The notes under the pieces were generated by a model that saw only the letters and a list, made by a program, of their open reading frames with translations, was not told where the DNA came from and did no database searches. Source: Octopus vulgaris (lineage: Eukaryota). From it: DNA of 64,000 bases. The DNA lies in the NCBI GenBank assembly GCA_951406725.2, contig OX597827.1, forward strand, positions 76,756,001 to 76,820,000, given 5' to 3'. Positions 44,984-58,821 of the stretch are shown in pieces. Numbering within the stretch: the first letter of the stretch is position 1; each line of letters starts with the position of its first letter. The position numbers were made by a program, and so were the translations under genes.

Positions 44984-45792
44984 TTTAGTGATGTAAAGAA
45001 ACATGATAGACAAAATGTAAGTTGCAATGCATCATGGGAATATTGTTATAAACAATAAAATCCTCAATGCCAGATTTCAAAATTGTTCCGTCATTTAGTC
45101 CTTGCAGATGTCAAGGTTTATTTTACATGTGACATAGCTAGGTTAGGCTTTATGGTTTGCATTTCACCACAAATAAAGCTTACTTTGTTATTTAATATAA
45201 ACCTTTAGTCCTTACAGTCAACTACTGTTTTTTCTATCGTAATTCATTTTATGTACAGTGTTATGAATTCCTTGATGGAAATGTGTGAGAAAGTGCTGTA
45301 CTTGCGTAATCAGTGTAACAGTCTGAGTCATGAAGTTTACAACTTTTGTGTTTACATTGAGACTTCTATATTACGTTGACTGTCTGCAGTACACCCTGTG
45401 GATTGCTGGTTTGTGGTTTCATATAAATGAAGAGATTTTTAGTTATTGTAATATTTTCTAGCTATGCACTTGTAGTTTGGTTTGGTACAGGTTCTGTTCA
45501 GTTTTTTAATGATTTATTCATTTTATTACCAAATTGCATTTGACTCTTGTAATATACAATTTATGTGGTTTATGTACTTTTAGTTGGGTTTGTATCCGTA
45601 TATATCACTATGGGCATATTTGCTCTTGGATTGTTCTATAGCTTCGTCTGTTACTTTATGAGGGTAATCATGATTAACTTATGTTTGTTTTAAGTGTAAG
45701 ATTTCCTTATTTAAAGCTCCTTCAGGGGATGAAAATGTAAAACTTTGCAAGAAGGGATTTGACTACAAATATTTTGTATCTATGGGAACACT

Positions 45793-46099
<307 letters not shown>

Positions 46100-47019
46100 A
46101 GGAGTGGCTCTGTGGTAAGAAGCTTGCTTTCCAACCACATGGTTCCGGGCTTCTTTCAGTTTCCATCTACCAAATCCACCCACAAGGCTTTGGTTGGCCT
46201 GAGACTATAGTAGAAGACACTCTCTCAAGGTGTCACACAGTGGGACTGAACCCAGAACTATGTGGTCAAGAAGCAAGCTTCTTACCACACAGCCACAACA
46301 GTGATGAATAAATCAGTCATTAAGATATCTGGTGAAACTGTGTGGTTATATTTGCAAACAACTTTTTTCTTCTGCATTAGTCATGTACAACTCTGTGAAT
46401 GTAGGTCCAAGTGGGGGGGACCCTTAGCCCCCACCTTATTTCTGAGTATACAGATTACCTTGTGGACAGCAGAAAATAACTTAAATTACAGTGTTACTTC
46501 TTCAATTTTGGTAAATGTCCAACAAACAGAACCAATGTTTAAATTCTACAATTCTCTTCCAGGAGGGGAAATTGCAATTTTTGAAACACTGGTGCCATTT
46601 ATCAGGCAATCTTCAAAGATCAAACTACTTTACAGCATACCCCAGCGTATTGAATTCTTTATTGTATGACTGACCTCCTTAATGTTTAATTTCAGACCCA
46701 TAAACATATGTTCATTCATTTGTTTTATGTCTGTTTTGCCATGCTAGCATGGGTTAGATGAATGCATTATTATTGATGCACATTGCTTCAATACCATATA
46801 CTCTCCCTGCCATTAACCTTTACTTGTGTTCCAAGCAAGGAATCTCTTGTTTCACACGTCTTCAAAGGTGAGAAGCGGTGGATGACTTTTTTGACATGAC
46901 AAAAGTCAACATCACTACTTGTGGCTCACGAAACTCAGAGAATATGTAAACACACACACACAGAGTCTCAACAAATTAAACCCATTTTCCAAGACACCAT
47001 CTGTTGCCTATTTTATATT

Positions 47020-47432
47020 CAGGAGTAGCTGTGTGGTAAGTAGCTTGCTTCCCAACCACATGGTTCCGGGTTCAGTCCCACTGCGTGACACCTTGGGCAA
47101 GTGTCTTCTACTATAGCCTTGGGCCAACCAAAGCCTTGTGAGTGGATTTGGTAGACGGAAACCGAAAGAAGCCTGTCGTATATATGTATATAGATATGTA
47201 TGTGTGTGTATATGTTTGTGTGTGTCTGTGTTTGTCCCCCCCCCCCCCCCCCCACCAACATCGCTTGACAACCGATGCTGGTGTGTTTATGTTCCCATAA
47301 CATAGCGGTTTGGCAAAAGAGACCGATAGAATAAGTACTAGACTTCCAAAGAATAAGTCCGGGGTCGATTTGCTCGACTAAAGGCGGTGCTCCAGCATGG
47401 CCACAGTCAAATGACTAAAACAAGTAAAAGAG
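47020..47432 (+). mobile_element. SINE family A
   Basis: Full-length match to family A. Confidence 0.8.
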
Positions 47433-47569
47433 CATTCAATGACTTTTCCCCTTTCCCCCATTCCTTTCTTCTTTATAGAACCTTAGGAAAGTTCCGTGAT
47501 GTCATAGCTCATAGTTTAACCCAATCCAGTCCAACAACTTTGTGTATTTTCTTCCATGCAGCATCACAG

Positions 47570-47745
47570 AAAATATATAAAAAAAAAAGACAGATCAGCA
47601 CCCATGACTTTCAGAAACATTTTTCCACACTCACAATTGCCAAAGCATGGAATAAACTACCTGCATCAGTTGTTAGCAGTCAGGACACAGCATCCCTCAA
47701 AAATTCTATGCTTCCTGAAATACCCAACACATCCCCTGACATACC
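47570..47745 (+). mobile_element. Degenerate CR1-type LINE 3' fragment (different family)
   Basis: STHDFQKHFSTLTIAKAWNKLPASVVSSQDTASLKNSM contains the WNKLP..VV motif. Confidence 0.6.
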
Positions 47746-47762
47746 TATGCATCACATCCTCT

Positions 47763-48360
47763 TTAACTCTTCTGATACTAACCCGGCTGAAACCGGTTCT
47801 GGCTCTGAGTACAAATGTCTTGTTTGCATAAGTTTTTAATTAAATACAGTAACAAAAGGGTTAAAATATATAATAGGGAAACAATTCTTAACCCTTTTAA
47901 TACCAACCTAGCTGAAACCGGGTCTGGCTCCGAGTACAAATGTCTTGTCTTCATAAGTTCTGAATTAAAATCTTCCACCAAACCTTAGTCACAATTTATG
48001 TTCCTAACACTAGCTGAATGATAACCAAGTTATTCTACTAAATTCTTTGTTATATCTAAAATTAATTGAAAGAAACACAGAGCATCTCAACAGAAATATG
48101 GTAACAAAAGGGTTAAAATATATAATAGAGAAACAATTCTTAACCCTTTTGATACCAACCTGGCTGAAACCAGTTCTGGCTCTGAGTTCAAATGTCTTGT
48201 TTTCCTAAGTTCTGAATTAAAATCTTCCACCAAACCTTAGTCACAATTTATGTTCCTAACACTAGCTTAATGATAACTAAGTTATTTTACTAAATTCTTT
48301 CTTATATTTAAAATTAATTGAAAGAAACATGGAACATCTCAACAGTAACGAAAGGGTTCA
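47763..48360 (+). mobile_element. Tandem array of three piggyBac-type MITE copies
   Basis: Units bounded by TTAA-CCC...GGG-TTAA (47888-48116 and 48140-48360; internally deleted unit 47763-47864), with a conserved ~24-bp spacer. Confidence 0.75.
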
Positions 48361-49232
48361 GGGTCTCTTGCTTTTCCCTTTTCTGTCTTTTTAAGATTTA
48401 TCCCTAACCCTAACCCTGTACTTTTGGCTTTCTTTACTTCACTTAAACATCTGCATTCTGTTCCCTCTTTTACCCCTTTTGATAAGTTTTAGAGCAGCTA
48501 AGCCCAGTATACAGTAAGCTCATTTGCATTATTATTACTTTTGTTAATATTTACCCCCTGACTGGCGCCTGTGCCAGTGGCACGTAAAAAAGCACCATCC
48601 GAACGTAATCAATACCAGGCCCACCTGACTGGCTCCTGTGCTGGTGGCACGTAAAAAGCACCCACTACACTCTCGGAGTGGTTGGCATTAGGAAGGGCAT
48701 CCAGCTGTAGAAACTTTGCTTGATCAGATTGGAGCCCGGTGTAGCCCCCCCCCTGGCTTGCCAGTTCCCAGTTGAACCGTCCAACCCATGCCAGCATGGA
48801 AAACGGACGTTAAACGATGGTGATGGTGATGATGATGTTGAGCTGTGCCTTTCATTTTTTTTTCAAAGGGCTGATAAAATAATGGAATAATCAAGTACTG
48901 GGGGTCAATAATATTGATTAAACCCTTCCCTTCAAAATTGCTGGCCTTCTGCCTGTATTAGAAATAACAACAGCAACTACCACCACCATCACTAATATCG
49001 TTATTGAGGCGGTAAACTGGCACAATCTTTAGCACGTCAAACAAAATGCTTAACAGCATTTCATCCCTTTTTACATTTTAAGTTCAAACTCCTCCAAGGT
49101 CTATTTCATGTTTGATCTTTTTTTTTGGTGGGGGGGGAGATAAAAAAGTACCAGTTGACCACTGACTGGGCTCAGTGTAATCAACTTCGCCCTCCCTTCA
49201 AAAACTGCTGGCCCTGAGCTAAAATTTGAAAC

Positions 49233-49265
<33 letters not shown>

Positions 49266-49560
49266 TATTATTATTATTATTATTATTAAGGTGGTAAGCT
49301 GGCAGGATCGTTAGTGCGCTGGATAAAATACCTGGTGGTATTTCACCTGTTGCTATGTACTGAGTTCAAATTCCACCAAGGTCGGCTTTATCTTTCATCC
49401 TTTCAGATTCGATAAATTAAGTACCAGTTGAACACTGGGGTCGATGTAATCGACTAGTCCCTACCTCAAATTTCAGGCTTTGTGCCTACAGCAGAAATTA
49501 TTATTATTATTATTATTATTATTAATATTATTATTATTATTATTATTATTATTATCATTA

Positions 49561-49699
49561 TACGAAAGCTCACAGCTCGTTTTGCTGGGTATGATGGAAA
49601 GTGTCAGCTGTCCACAGCCAGCAGACTAAGGTGACACTTGTTTTACTGGTCATGCTTCAAGAACCCTGCAAAGAATTCTTGCAGTTCCAATCAGTACTG

Positions 49700-49700
<1 letters not shown>
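49561..49700 (-). mobile_element. Third R4/Dong-like 3' tip
   Basis: SVLIGTARILCRVLEA* (stop 49650-49652) plus a short UTR, bracketed by (TAA)n tracts. Confidence 0.65.
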
Positions 49701-49733
<33 letters not shown>

Positions 49734-49734
49734 G

Positions 49735-50389
49735 TCTAGTGGCTGCAGCAAAAGTGGTAGTATGGTGGACCCGTTTGAAAGGGCTAAAGACAGGCACTTT
49801 CCTCTTTGGCCAAGCCCTCATCAACTTTTTCACTTGAAAAGGTGAGGGTGGAGAGGAAGGTTTGTTGAAAGGTGGGTGAATGTTGGAAGAATGGCCAATG
49901 TGAAAGGACCAATTCTAAGCATGCACCTGTAAAAAGGGAATCAAAGGAGAAGAGCTCTTGCCCTGTTGTTGCTAAGCACCAGATGAACTACCTCCAGAGG
50001 AATTTGTAAATTGGCATTTCAGTTCAGAAAGGAGGAATCCTAAAGGTGTTAGGGTGTCTGGAACACTTAGGTGTGATTAACTCATTAACCAAGGAAGCCT
50101 AAGAAAATAAAGGGGATTTAACAGTATTATTGCAGGATCTTGTGAACACCAAAGAGTCCATACATCATAAGTGCCGTTCAAGAACTTGGACCTGGAGATC
50201 TCCATTTCCAGCGACTTCGAGGGCCACTTCCTAGTGGTGTCGGGCATCAACAAAGAGCCCTCGACTACAACAAGACGACCAAAGTTTTTTTTTTTTTCCC
50301 AAGGTCTGGGGTCTCCCGCCCCTAAGCCCTAGACCATCACCTAATCACCCTTACCCATCTTGTTGCTTAACAACAACAACAACTACATC
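49735..50389 (+). mobile_element. Tx1/L1-like LINE 3' end with 3' UTR and (AAC)n tail
   Basis: LVAAAKVVVWWTRLKGLKTGTFLFGQALINFF.. then, frameshifted, ..KVRVERK..FVERWVNVGRMA resembles Tx1-clade ORF2 C-termini. The last ~200 bp recur at 1052-1242. Confidence 0.55.
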
Positions 50390-50399
50390 ATAAGCTGGT

Positions 50400-50985
50400 T
50401 GAAGGGGCTCTGAATAGGGACCAAGTTCAGAGATCTCATTCTTGACTATTGCAGCAGCTTCACTCTGAGAGTCCCTGCTGCTTCAACAATACCAGAGTGG
50501 CACAAGCTCAAGAAGGGGTGTTATCATTGGATGTGCCATTTCAGTGACCCTTTTTGTGCTTGCACTGAACATCTTGGTAAATTTGGTGAAAGTTCAGTGT
50601 CAAGGACCACCCACTAAGTCAAGTGTTCAGCAGCCCCCTATTTGGGGCTTTTATAGACTACCTGTGATAATAACATCAATTATGAAGGGCAGAAGACCCT
50701 TTAGAGCCTTGAAGAGTTGATGATTTGGGTTTGTATGAGTTTTAAACCAGTGAAGTCCTGATCTTTAGCTTGGTTAGCTTCAGAAATATAAAGTTGGAAA
50801 CAGGCTCGGCTTCTTGGTTGGTAATGTAGAGATACCAACCATCATGGAGTGACCAGTGAAGAACCTGGGAAAAGCATTTCATAGCAGCCTGAGGAAACAC
50901 ATAATCCATCTGTGAAACCAACAAGGAATTGGAGGCCTGGCTATCCACAGTGGACAAGTCATATTTTCCCAGCAAGTTTAATCCT
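50400..50985 (+). mobile_element. Degenerate reverse-transcriptase fragment of a HERO/NeSL-like non-LTR element
   Basis: Frameshifted peptides GVIIGCAISVTLFVLALNILV..QCQGP....VQQPPI, LEELMIWVCMSFKPVKS and IPTIME*PVKNLGKAFHSSL..ELEAWLSTVDKS. Confidence 0.65.
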
Positions 50986-51615
50986 TCAGCACTTGGATGA
51001 CCCTCTCAAATCTAATGCTTATTTATTCAAATTCATCATCATCATCGTTTAATGTCTGCTTTCCATGCTAGCATGGGTTGGACGATTTTGATTGAGGGCT
51101 GGCAAACCAGATGGCTGCACCAAGCTCCAATCTTGATTTGGCAGAGTTTCTACAGCTGGATGCCCTTCCTAACGCCAACCACTCCGAGAGTGTAGCGGGT
51201 GCCTTTTACGTGCCACTGGCATGGGGGCCAGTCAGGCGGTACTGGCAACAACTTCGCTCGAATCTTTTTTTTTTAATTAATCATAAATTATCTCGTAGCT
51301 TTGAAATTTCAGTAATGCAATTGTTTATATTTAGAATGACATTGTAGGGTAGGTATGAGAAGCCAGATCTTTTGAACATAAAAGATAAAATATTTGGACC
51401 GGATCTGGCCAGTTTAAATACTAAAGGTTAAGGCTTGGATTTACCAACATGGTATCCTCCCACAGATTCTTTGGCTGCTCTTGGTCCTAATATCCACTAA
51501 AGAGGGCTTATAATTTGTTGAGAATCACAGGGGCCTGGAAGGGGCAGTGCTAACTGGACCCAAGCTGGGGCTGGAGCAACTCTGAATGGGTTGCCTGGAT
51601 GAGATGTCAGATTGC

Positions 51616-51844
51616 TAACCTTTTTGTTACTGTATTTCTGTTGAGATGCTCTGTGTTTCTATCAATTACTTTAAATATAACAAAGAATTCAGTAAAATAA
51701 CTTAGTTATCATTAAGCTTAGTGTCAGGAACATAAATTGTGACTAAGGTTTGGTGGAAGATTTTAATTCAAAACTTATGAAAACAAGACATTTGTACTAC
51801 AGAGCCAGAGCTGGTTTCGGCTGCGTTGGTAACAAAAGGGTTAA
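51616..51844 (-). mobile_element. piggyBac-type MITE, same family as 47888-48116
   Basis: Reverse-complement match ending aaaagggttaa. Confidence 0.75.
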
Positions 51845-52345
51845 AAGACCCAAAACACCTAATGACCCTTGGAAACATCACTGATGATGTGTCAAGGTGC
51901 ATCACAGGATGTGATGAGTGGCAACACTGAATTGGACTGTGACATGATAAAAAAAAATAACCAACAAAACACTTTTGATGCATTTGGTGTCAGAATTTCA
52001 AAATACAATTGACAACTGGACTGACCGTTCCTAAACTGTTGTGCATCGCAAAAATTGGCAAATTTTTGTTTATTTAAGAGTTCTAACTCAAACTTTACTA
52101 TTTTAACAGAATTACTTTAGAATGGAAACAGTTCTTGGATTTGGGATTTTGGGAACTAAAAGTCATGGAGAGACCTTTAGTGAAAGAAAATAAAGACCTT
52201 AAGGCTTCTATAATGCTTAAACATCACCAGTGGACTTAATAACATTTCAGAAGTACAACTATTTAAATTATTATACATACACACACAAACACCTATACAT
52301 TCACACATATTTATGCACACACGTACTATATATATATACATATAT

Positions 52346-52423
<78 letters not shown>

Positions 52424-52675
52424 GTATATATAAGGTACACACACATATTACATACATATGCGTTTGTATACGTATAAATATATGTATATATGCATATGTA
52501 GATGTTAATCTATCTATCAAGAAAACGAGAGGGAGAAATACAGATAGGCAGGTAGATAGGTATACATATAATATATACATATATACATATATTCAAACAC
52601 ACATATATATATATACAGACATAGACATACAACACACACACATTATATATATATATATATACATATGTATGTATG

Positions 52676-52739
<64 letters not shown>

Positions 52740-52779
52740 TATTGTCCATTAAATACTGCTTTACATCATATATTTTGAG

Positions 52780-53720
52780 CGGGTTACTAGTGAGATGATG
52801 GTAATGAAAACCGATTGATTGGGGCGGGTATATATAAATATATGCGTGTCTTGTGTGTCTCAGTAAACGTGTATATAGGATAAGGACACAAAGCTAGAAT
52901 GTTCAGTGATTGAAATCGTTTGCATAGGCGAGGGACCTTCTTTGATCGTTCGTCTACAATGGATGCTTTCGTAGATAAGGTATTTCTAATGGATAGACAC
53001 AATACGAAAACACAAACGATCGGTAGATGCGGAGGAGAGAGAGAGTTAGGAAAAGATAGAGTGATGGCTAAAGAGGGAGAGAGAGAGAGATTGACAAACA
53101 GAGCGATGATGAGAGTGAGAGACAGAAATATATTATAAAGGGATGGAATGATATACAGATAAAAAGAGGCGGAAACATGTATTCAGTGACAGGGAGAGGA
53201 AGAATATTTACATATATACAAGGATAAAATCACTGGTATTTAGGAGAAATACGGGTAGCAGAAATACGAGTACAAACATTCATGTTGCACCCTTGTTTTT
53301 TCAGAAGCACCCTGATTAGCCCGCTTCTTACCATGCACCAAGCCATCCATCCATCCAGCCATTCATTCGTTTCTGCAGTCGTCCATACGTCAACCCATTC
53401 CTTTCAAGCACACCCTCGGAATTAGCTTTCAATGTTGGGATTAGAGACAATCTTACCCGGGCCTTTGTTGCTTCTTAATCCGGGTGTTGAGCATGAATCG
53501 GGGCTAAATCACCACTGGAAAAGGGTGGCAGTAGCCAGTGCGAGGGCATAAATCTACGAGAGAGAAAGCCAAGTTGCAGGAACATGGAGAATGAGAGAGA
53601 GAATCCTTAATTTATTTTCTCAGGCGCCCTACAGAGTAAAAATAAAAATAAAACAAACCACAAACGGTGTAATAGTATTAAGTCCCTAATCAATAAAATT
53701 CCGCGATCCTTTCGTTTGCA
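52780..53720 (-). promoter_or_regulatory. Candidate promoter / non-coding first exon region of the zinc-finger gene
   Basis: Nearly repeat-free and CpG-richer than its surroundings. Minus-strand donors CATG|GTAAGA (exon end 53332) and CCGG|GTAAGA (exon end 53457). CCAAT, GC-box and TATA-like motifs cluster at 52818-52840. Confidence 0.3.
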
Positions 53721-54811
53721 AACTTTTATTATTTATTATCTCCTGATTTCTTAGACTTTTATCGATATTTTGTCAGAATATTGAATATTTCTGATTTAAC
53801 AGATGATTAATTGTAATCAGGATGCTGAGTTTTATATCAATCTCTATCTGTGTACGTCTATCTTTGTCCCTTCTTGATGCTTCCCAGGTCATTCCTGACT
53901 GAGCAGACCAACAATCGGATGCCCTTCCCAAGACTATTGTGAATGACTTGAAAGAGATTTGACAGTTATTTCTAGCAGATAAAATTATCCCTCGTGTCGT
54001 CTCCAAAAGGCTATCGTTTTTTTTTTGTTTTTTTTTAATATTTTATCTAAAAACAATTTAAACTAATAATCGATATATTAAATGTAATATTTCAAAGACT
54101 TTCTCCCAACATCCTATCTTCTCCACAAAGTTGTTAAAACACTGCCAAGACTTGGGTTGTCTTACATACAACTGACACTTGGTCGTATATACAGATTCTT
54201 GTACGGACACACAATGTATGTATGTATATATATATATATACGTACGTTTGTGTCTGTGTATATTTGTACGGGCATCTTATTGCATGTGTGTGTGTGTGCA
54301 TGTGTGTGTGTGTGTATGTGTGTAACTGCTTCTGTAGATTTCAGAGTATATGTGTTTATACGAATCTACAAGGAAAAAAAAGCACAGGTTCTCAGAATTT
54401 GGGTAATTGACCACATAATTAAGATTTATACAGCGAAGTTTAATTTGGATAAATTCGTATGCCAAGGATGGTCCTTTCACCTGAAAGCTCAACAAAACAG
54501 GTCCTATTTGCCTGCCTGCGTCCCCGTATTGTCACCTCTTTTTCTCAACCTTATGGTGAATAAAGAAATACCCTCTCTCACACACACACACACACACTAA
54601 GTGACAATCTGGATAAGTCAGATTCCTTTTCTTTCCCTGTCATGGAAACTTAACCAAATTCACAAACTTCAACCGTGCAAATTTACATGTCGACGTGTGT
54701 ATATCCATTACAAAAAGTCCCTGTTTACAAATGTATCTAATGGTTGTGCATATATAGCCGTGTGTATGAATATCCGATTGTATATGTCTAAGTTTGCATG
54801 CAATTCTATTC

Positions 54812-55165
54812 GTGGTAAGAAGCTTGCTTCCCAACAGCATGGTTCCAGGTTCAGTCCCACTGCATGGCACCTTGAGCAAGTGTCTTCTACTATAGCCCCA
54901 GACCGATCAAAGCCTTGTGAGTGGAATTGGTTGGCGGAAACTGAAAAGAAACCCGTCGTGTGTGTGTGTGTGTGTCCACTCACTCGTCGCTTGACAACCG
55001 ATGCTGGTGTGTTTATGTCCCCCCGTAACTTAGCGGTTCGGCAAAAGAGACCGATAGAATAAGTACCGGGCCTACAAAGAATAAGTCCTGGGGTCAATTT
55101 CTTTGGCTAAAAGGCAGTACTCCAGCATGACCACAGTCAAATGGCTGAAACCAGTAAAGGAATAA
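54812..55165 (+). mobile_element. SINE family A (further partial copies ~1700-1970, 9420-9620, 13330-13710, 22910-23120, 34948-35170, 36090-36295, 46100-46296)
   Basis: Match to family A. Confidence 0.75.
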
Positions 55166-55361
55166 TAGAATAACAGAATATATGTTGATACGTTTCCATC
55201 TGTGGTGGACTAATGCAGACGATATCTTACTGTCCCCGTTGTCACAGGTGTTGTTTTAATTACAAATTTTAGCCATTCAGAGATTAGTTATTTGGAAGTC
55301 ATTTTGCCTTTTCCTTGTTTTTCTTCTCTTGTTTTTTTTTAATGGGAGCCACTTAAACATA

Positions 55362-55600
55362 TGCCTATTTCTTTAGTACCCACATGGGGCTAAACACAGA
55401 GGGGACAAACAAGGACAGACAAACGGATTAAGTCGATTATATCGACCCCTGTGTGTAACTGGTACTTATTTAATCGACCCCTGAAATGATGAAAGGCAAA
55501 GTCGACCTCGGCGGAATTTGAACTCAGAACGTAGCGGCAGACGAAATACCGCTAAGCATTTCGCCCAGCGTGCTAACGTTTCTGCCAGCTTGCTGCCTTC
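55362..55600 (-). mobile_element. SINE family B with target-site duplication
   Basis: Reverse-complement match; ccacttaaacatat(g/a)ccta occurs on both sides. Confidence 0.8.
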
Positions 55601-55724
55601 CACTTAAACATATACCTACAGTCTATTTCTTACGCAAGTACTTCTCAAACTTTTTATTAGCTACTGCCTTATATCTTTTTATTAATGCTCTTTCAAAGGC
55701 CTTTTCTCAGCATAACTAAATACA

Positions 55725-55992
55725 CGGGGTCATTCCGAAAAGCTCTATCAGCGACGATTTCATCTCAATCGAAGGAGAGGGGCTTTCTCCGTCTGGGTTG
55801 CGGATCCGTGGAACAAGCTGCCAGACGAGATGGTGAAGATGCCGACGACCGCTTTGTTCAAAGTCTCCCTTGACCTCAAGTGGCCTGAACTCTTTACATG
55901 AACACCACCCTGTACTTAACTCCATGTCCCCGTACATGGCCTTGCTTTTTGCTTTTTGAGCCAAAAATTAACTAACTAATTAACTAACTAAC
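55725..55992 (+). mobile_element. CR1-type LINE 3' end, same family as 704-1040
   Basis: RGHSEKLYQRRFHLNRRRGAFSVWVADPWNKLPDEMVKMPTTALFKVSLDLKWPELFT*, short 3' UTR and (AACT)n tail. Confidence 0.85.
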
Positions 55993-56414
55993 ACTACAAT
56001 AAATCACTACCAACAAGTTGATAACCATCAAAAGACTATTTGTATATAAACCATTTAGTCATTTCGGGACACAGGTATTTTTGTCCAACCCATGTTAGCA
56101 TGGAAGTCAGATGTTAAACGATGATGATGATGAGGAGGAGGATGAATATAGAAAAATGTCAAATATTTTAACCACTAATAATAATGGTTTCAAATTTCAG
56201 GACAAGACCAGAAGTTTCGGGGAAGGGCCTCAGCCAGTTACATCGACCCCCAATATACAACTAGTACTTATTCTATTGACCTGGAAAGGACAAAAGGCAA
56301 AAGTGACCCCAGCAGAATTTGAACTCAGAACCTAATGATAGATGAAATGCCAGTAAGCATTTTGTCCAGCACAGAAATGATTCTGCCAAATTACCACTTT
56401 ATTTTAACCACTAA

Positions 56415-56808
56415 GTAGCAGTATCACCCGGCGTTGCTCGGGTTTGTTTCGACCCTTTAGAATTGGAATTTTCCAAAAGTAAAAATTTTGCATTGTGTAG
56501 CTTGTTATTCTCTTTAAGTGAACATTTTTCTGGTTGAAATACACCGAAAAATGGCGACACAGCAGTAAAAAAATTGTAAAAAATAGGGATTTTCATAGAA
56601 AAAAAAGCACCTTTTTGATGTAAATAATTTTTGGTGTTAACAAGGTCCGTTTTGAAGTTTTTCTTCTACAGAAGGAAGAGCAAGCCTTCTTCTATCATAC
56701 TCTCAATTTTGGTCAACTTGTGCCGCAGGGTCTCAGAGGAGATAGTGTTAGTTGAAGGCTACCAAACCTGCCATACACAGATAACTTCAGCTTTATATAG
56801 AGAGAGAT
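56415..56808 (-). mobile_element. Non-autonomous Helitron-like element
   Basis: Subterminal GC hairpin cccggcgttgctcggg about 10 nt from a CTAG-like end; the other end reads ATC..TATATAAAGCTGAAG on the minus strand. Confidence 0.6.
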
Positions 56809-58524
56809 ATTATCAAAGGAATCAAAAACTGTATAAAAATGTTAAATAGTTTTGAAAATTAGGACATTTAAAAGACAATTCTATTGCCACCCCACCCTTA
56901 CCCACTTTGTCCTCAGTATCCATATAAAATTTTCCATTGCCCCTTCCTCCGGGGGGTGGGTGGTATCTCCCATTTTGGAATGTACTGCTCTAAGCCAACA
57001 TCAGCTGCAGCCATGGATAAACTGCCTCATTTCTCTCTCTCTCTCTCTCTCACTCTCCCTTTTACTTAGTGAGCTTCTGATTTCCATTCTAATCTCACCT
57101 GTGTGCAAGTTGTTACTCTGTTGCCTAGCTTAGTTCTTGCTAGTAATTAATTTTCCCTTTGGCTTGGCCTCGACAGGAAACCAAAAATGTTATCTACACT
57201 TATCTTTACTGATGTTAATAATCTGCTTGTAAACATTTCGATTTTACAAGCGTTATACAATTGGCTTTATAAAGTATGAAAATATATATAAGTATATTTT
57301 CCATAACACTTTTCTTCTACAAGTCAATCTAATTCACTTTTGTGTGTACATTCTTACAAACCCACTTATGAATATTACCTTCATCCATCTAAATTAAGAT
57401 ATATTAGACACTGTGTGAATTCTGCCCTATTTTAACCTGTAATCAAAGACCTCATGCAATGAAATTATTATTGAATTATTTTACCAATAAGATCAGAAGA
57501 GGTCTATTTTTCTGTTGGTATGTCATCTTCATCATTCAAGATTTCTTTTCCATGTTGGCATGGGGTTGACAGTTTGACAGGATTCGATGAACTGCAATGT
57601 GTCAGAGCCCAAACTTTCAGCTTTGGCATAGTTTCCATGGCTGAATGACCTTCATAACACCAACCATTTAACAGTGTGTACCGGGTGCTTCTTTTAGAAT
57701 GTTGGCACTAATGAGGTTGTCAAGTAACTTGGATGTCAAAATAAAGAAAAGGAAAGAGAAAAAAGACCCCTCGACTGAGTGGGTGTGTATTTGAGAAAGG
57801 GAAGAGGCTTTGTGCCAGGTGTTGAAGGCTAAAGTATGACAGAGGGATCAGGAGTCTTGCTAGAGAGGAGATACATGGCTTGCCCTACATTATGTGAGAG
57901 TGGCTGGGAGCAACTGGATGGGACATAAAGATGATGGTGATAGGGTACCAGAGCATACACTTAAGGTACAAGAAGATGGGTATAAGAGGGACCATAGACA
58001 GAGGATAAGGAGGGCAGGGTAGGGTGGGTAATTTCGTGAGAGTGTAAGAAATGATACGCAAAGAAAATGGAGTTATTAGCTTTGTCATTTCCAGAAACAT
58101 TGTCCTAATTTCCTTCACATCCATATCTATCAGCTGAAACTGTCTGAATATTTTGAAAGAAGTCTCTTGGTATTTAGAGCAAAGATTATGTGTCTTTTAC
58201 ATATACCCATACACACACACACGTGTGTGTGTGTTTATCAATAATTGACTTATACAGTTACAATTCAGTTTCTCCATTTATGATGTATTTTTTTTTTACA
58301 AAACCAAGTTTTAAAGAAACCATAAAATAGAAATGGAATTTTGACTCTATAAGACAATCGTTAATTTGTTAGAATTGGCGGTGGCGGTAGTGGTAATGAT
58401 GGTGGTAGTTGTGGTGGTGGTACAGGATCATGGTGCGATTGTTGCTGTTTGTTTGTTTGTTGAGCGAAGCGGTCTTCGTCCCAGAGTGGGAGAAGTCTGA
58501 AACGTGGTCCTTTGCTATTTGTAA

Positions 58525-58821
58525 GATTTGCAGAAGAGAAAGCAGGTCAACCCCCGACACCGAGAGCATCGACGGATGGATGAATGCACATCCAGGCTCA
58601 GTGGTTGCATAGGAAGTCGGGGACAAGAAACAGGAAGAAAGAGTGAGAGAAAGTTGGAGCGAAAGAGTACAACAGGGGTCGCCACCACCCCCTGCCAGAG
58701 CCTCGTGGAGCTTTTAGATGTTTTTGCTCAATAAACACACACAATGCCCAGTTTGGGAATCGAAACCGCAATCCTCTGACTGCGAGTCTGCTGCCCTAAC
58801 CACTGGGCCATTGTGCCTCCT
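58525..58821 (-). mobile_element. tRNA-derived SINE family D (related tRNA-like heads at 13515, 32335 and 33578)
   Basis: Minus-strand head ggaggcacaatggcccagtggttagggcagcagac...ggtttcgattccc with A and B boxes. Confidence 0.65.

Noticed and set aside
48402-48417. Telomere-like (CCCTAA)n
   Set aside because: Fewer than three units, which is expected by chance.
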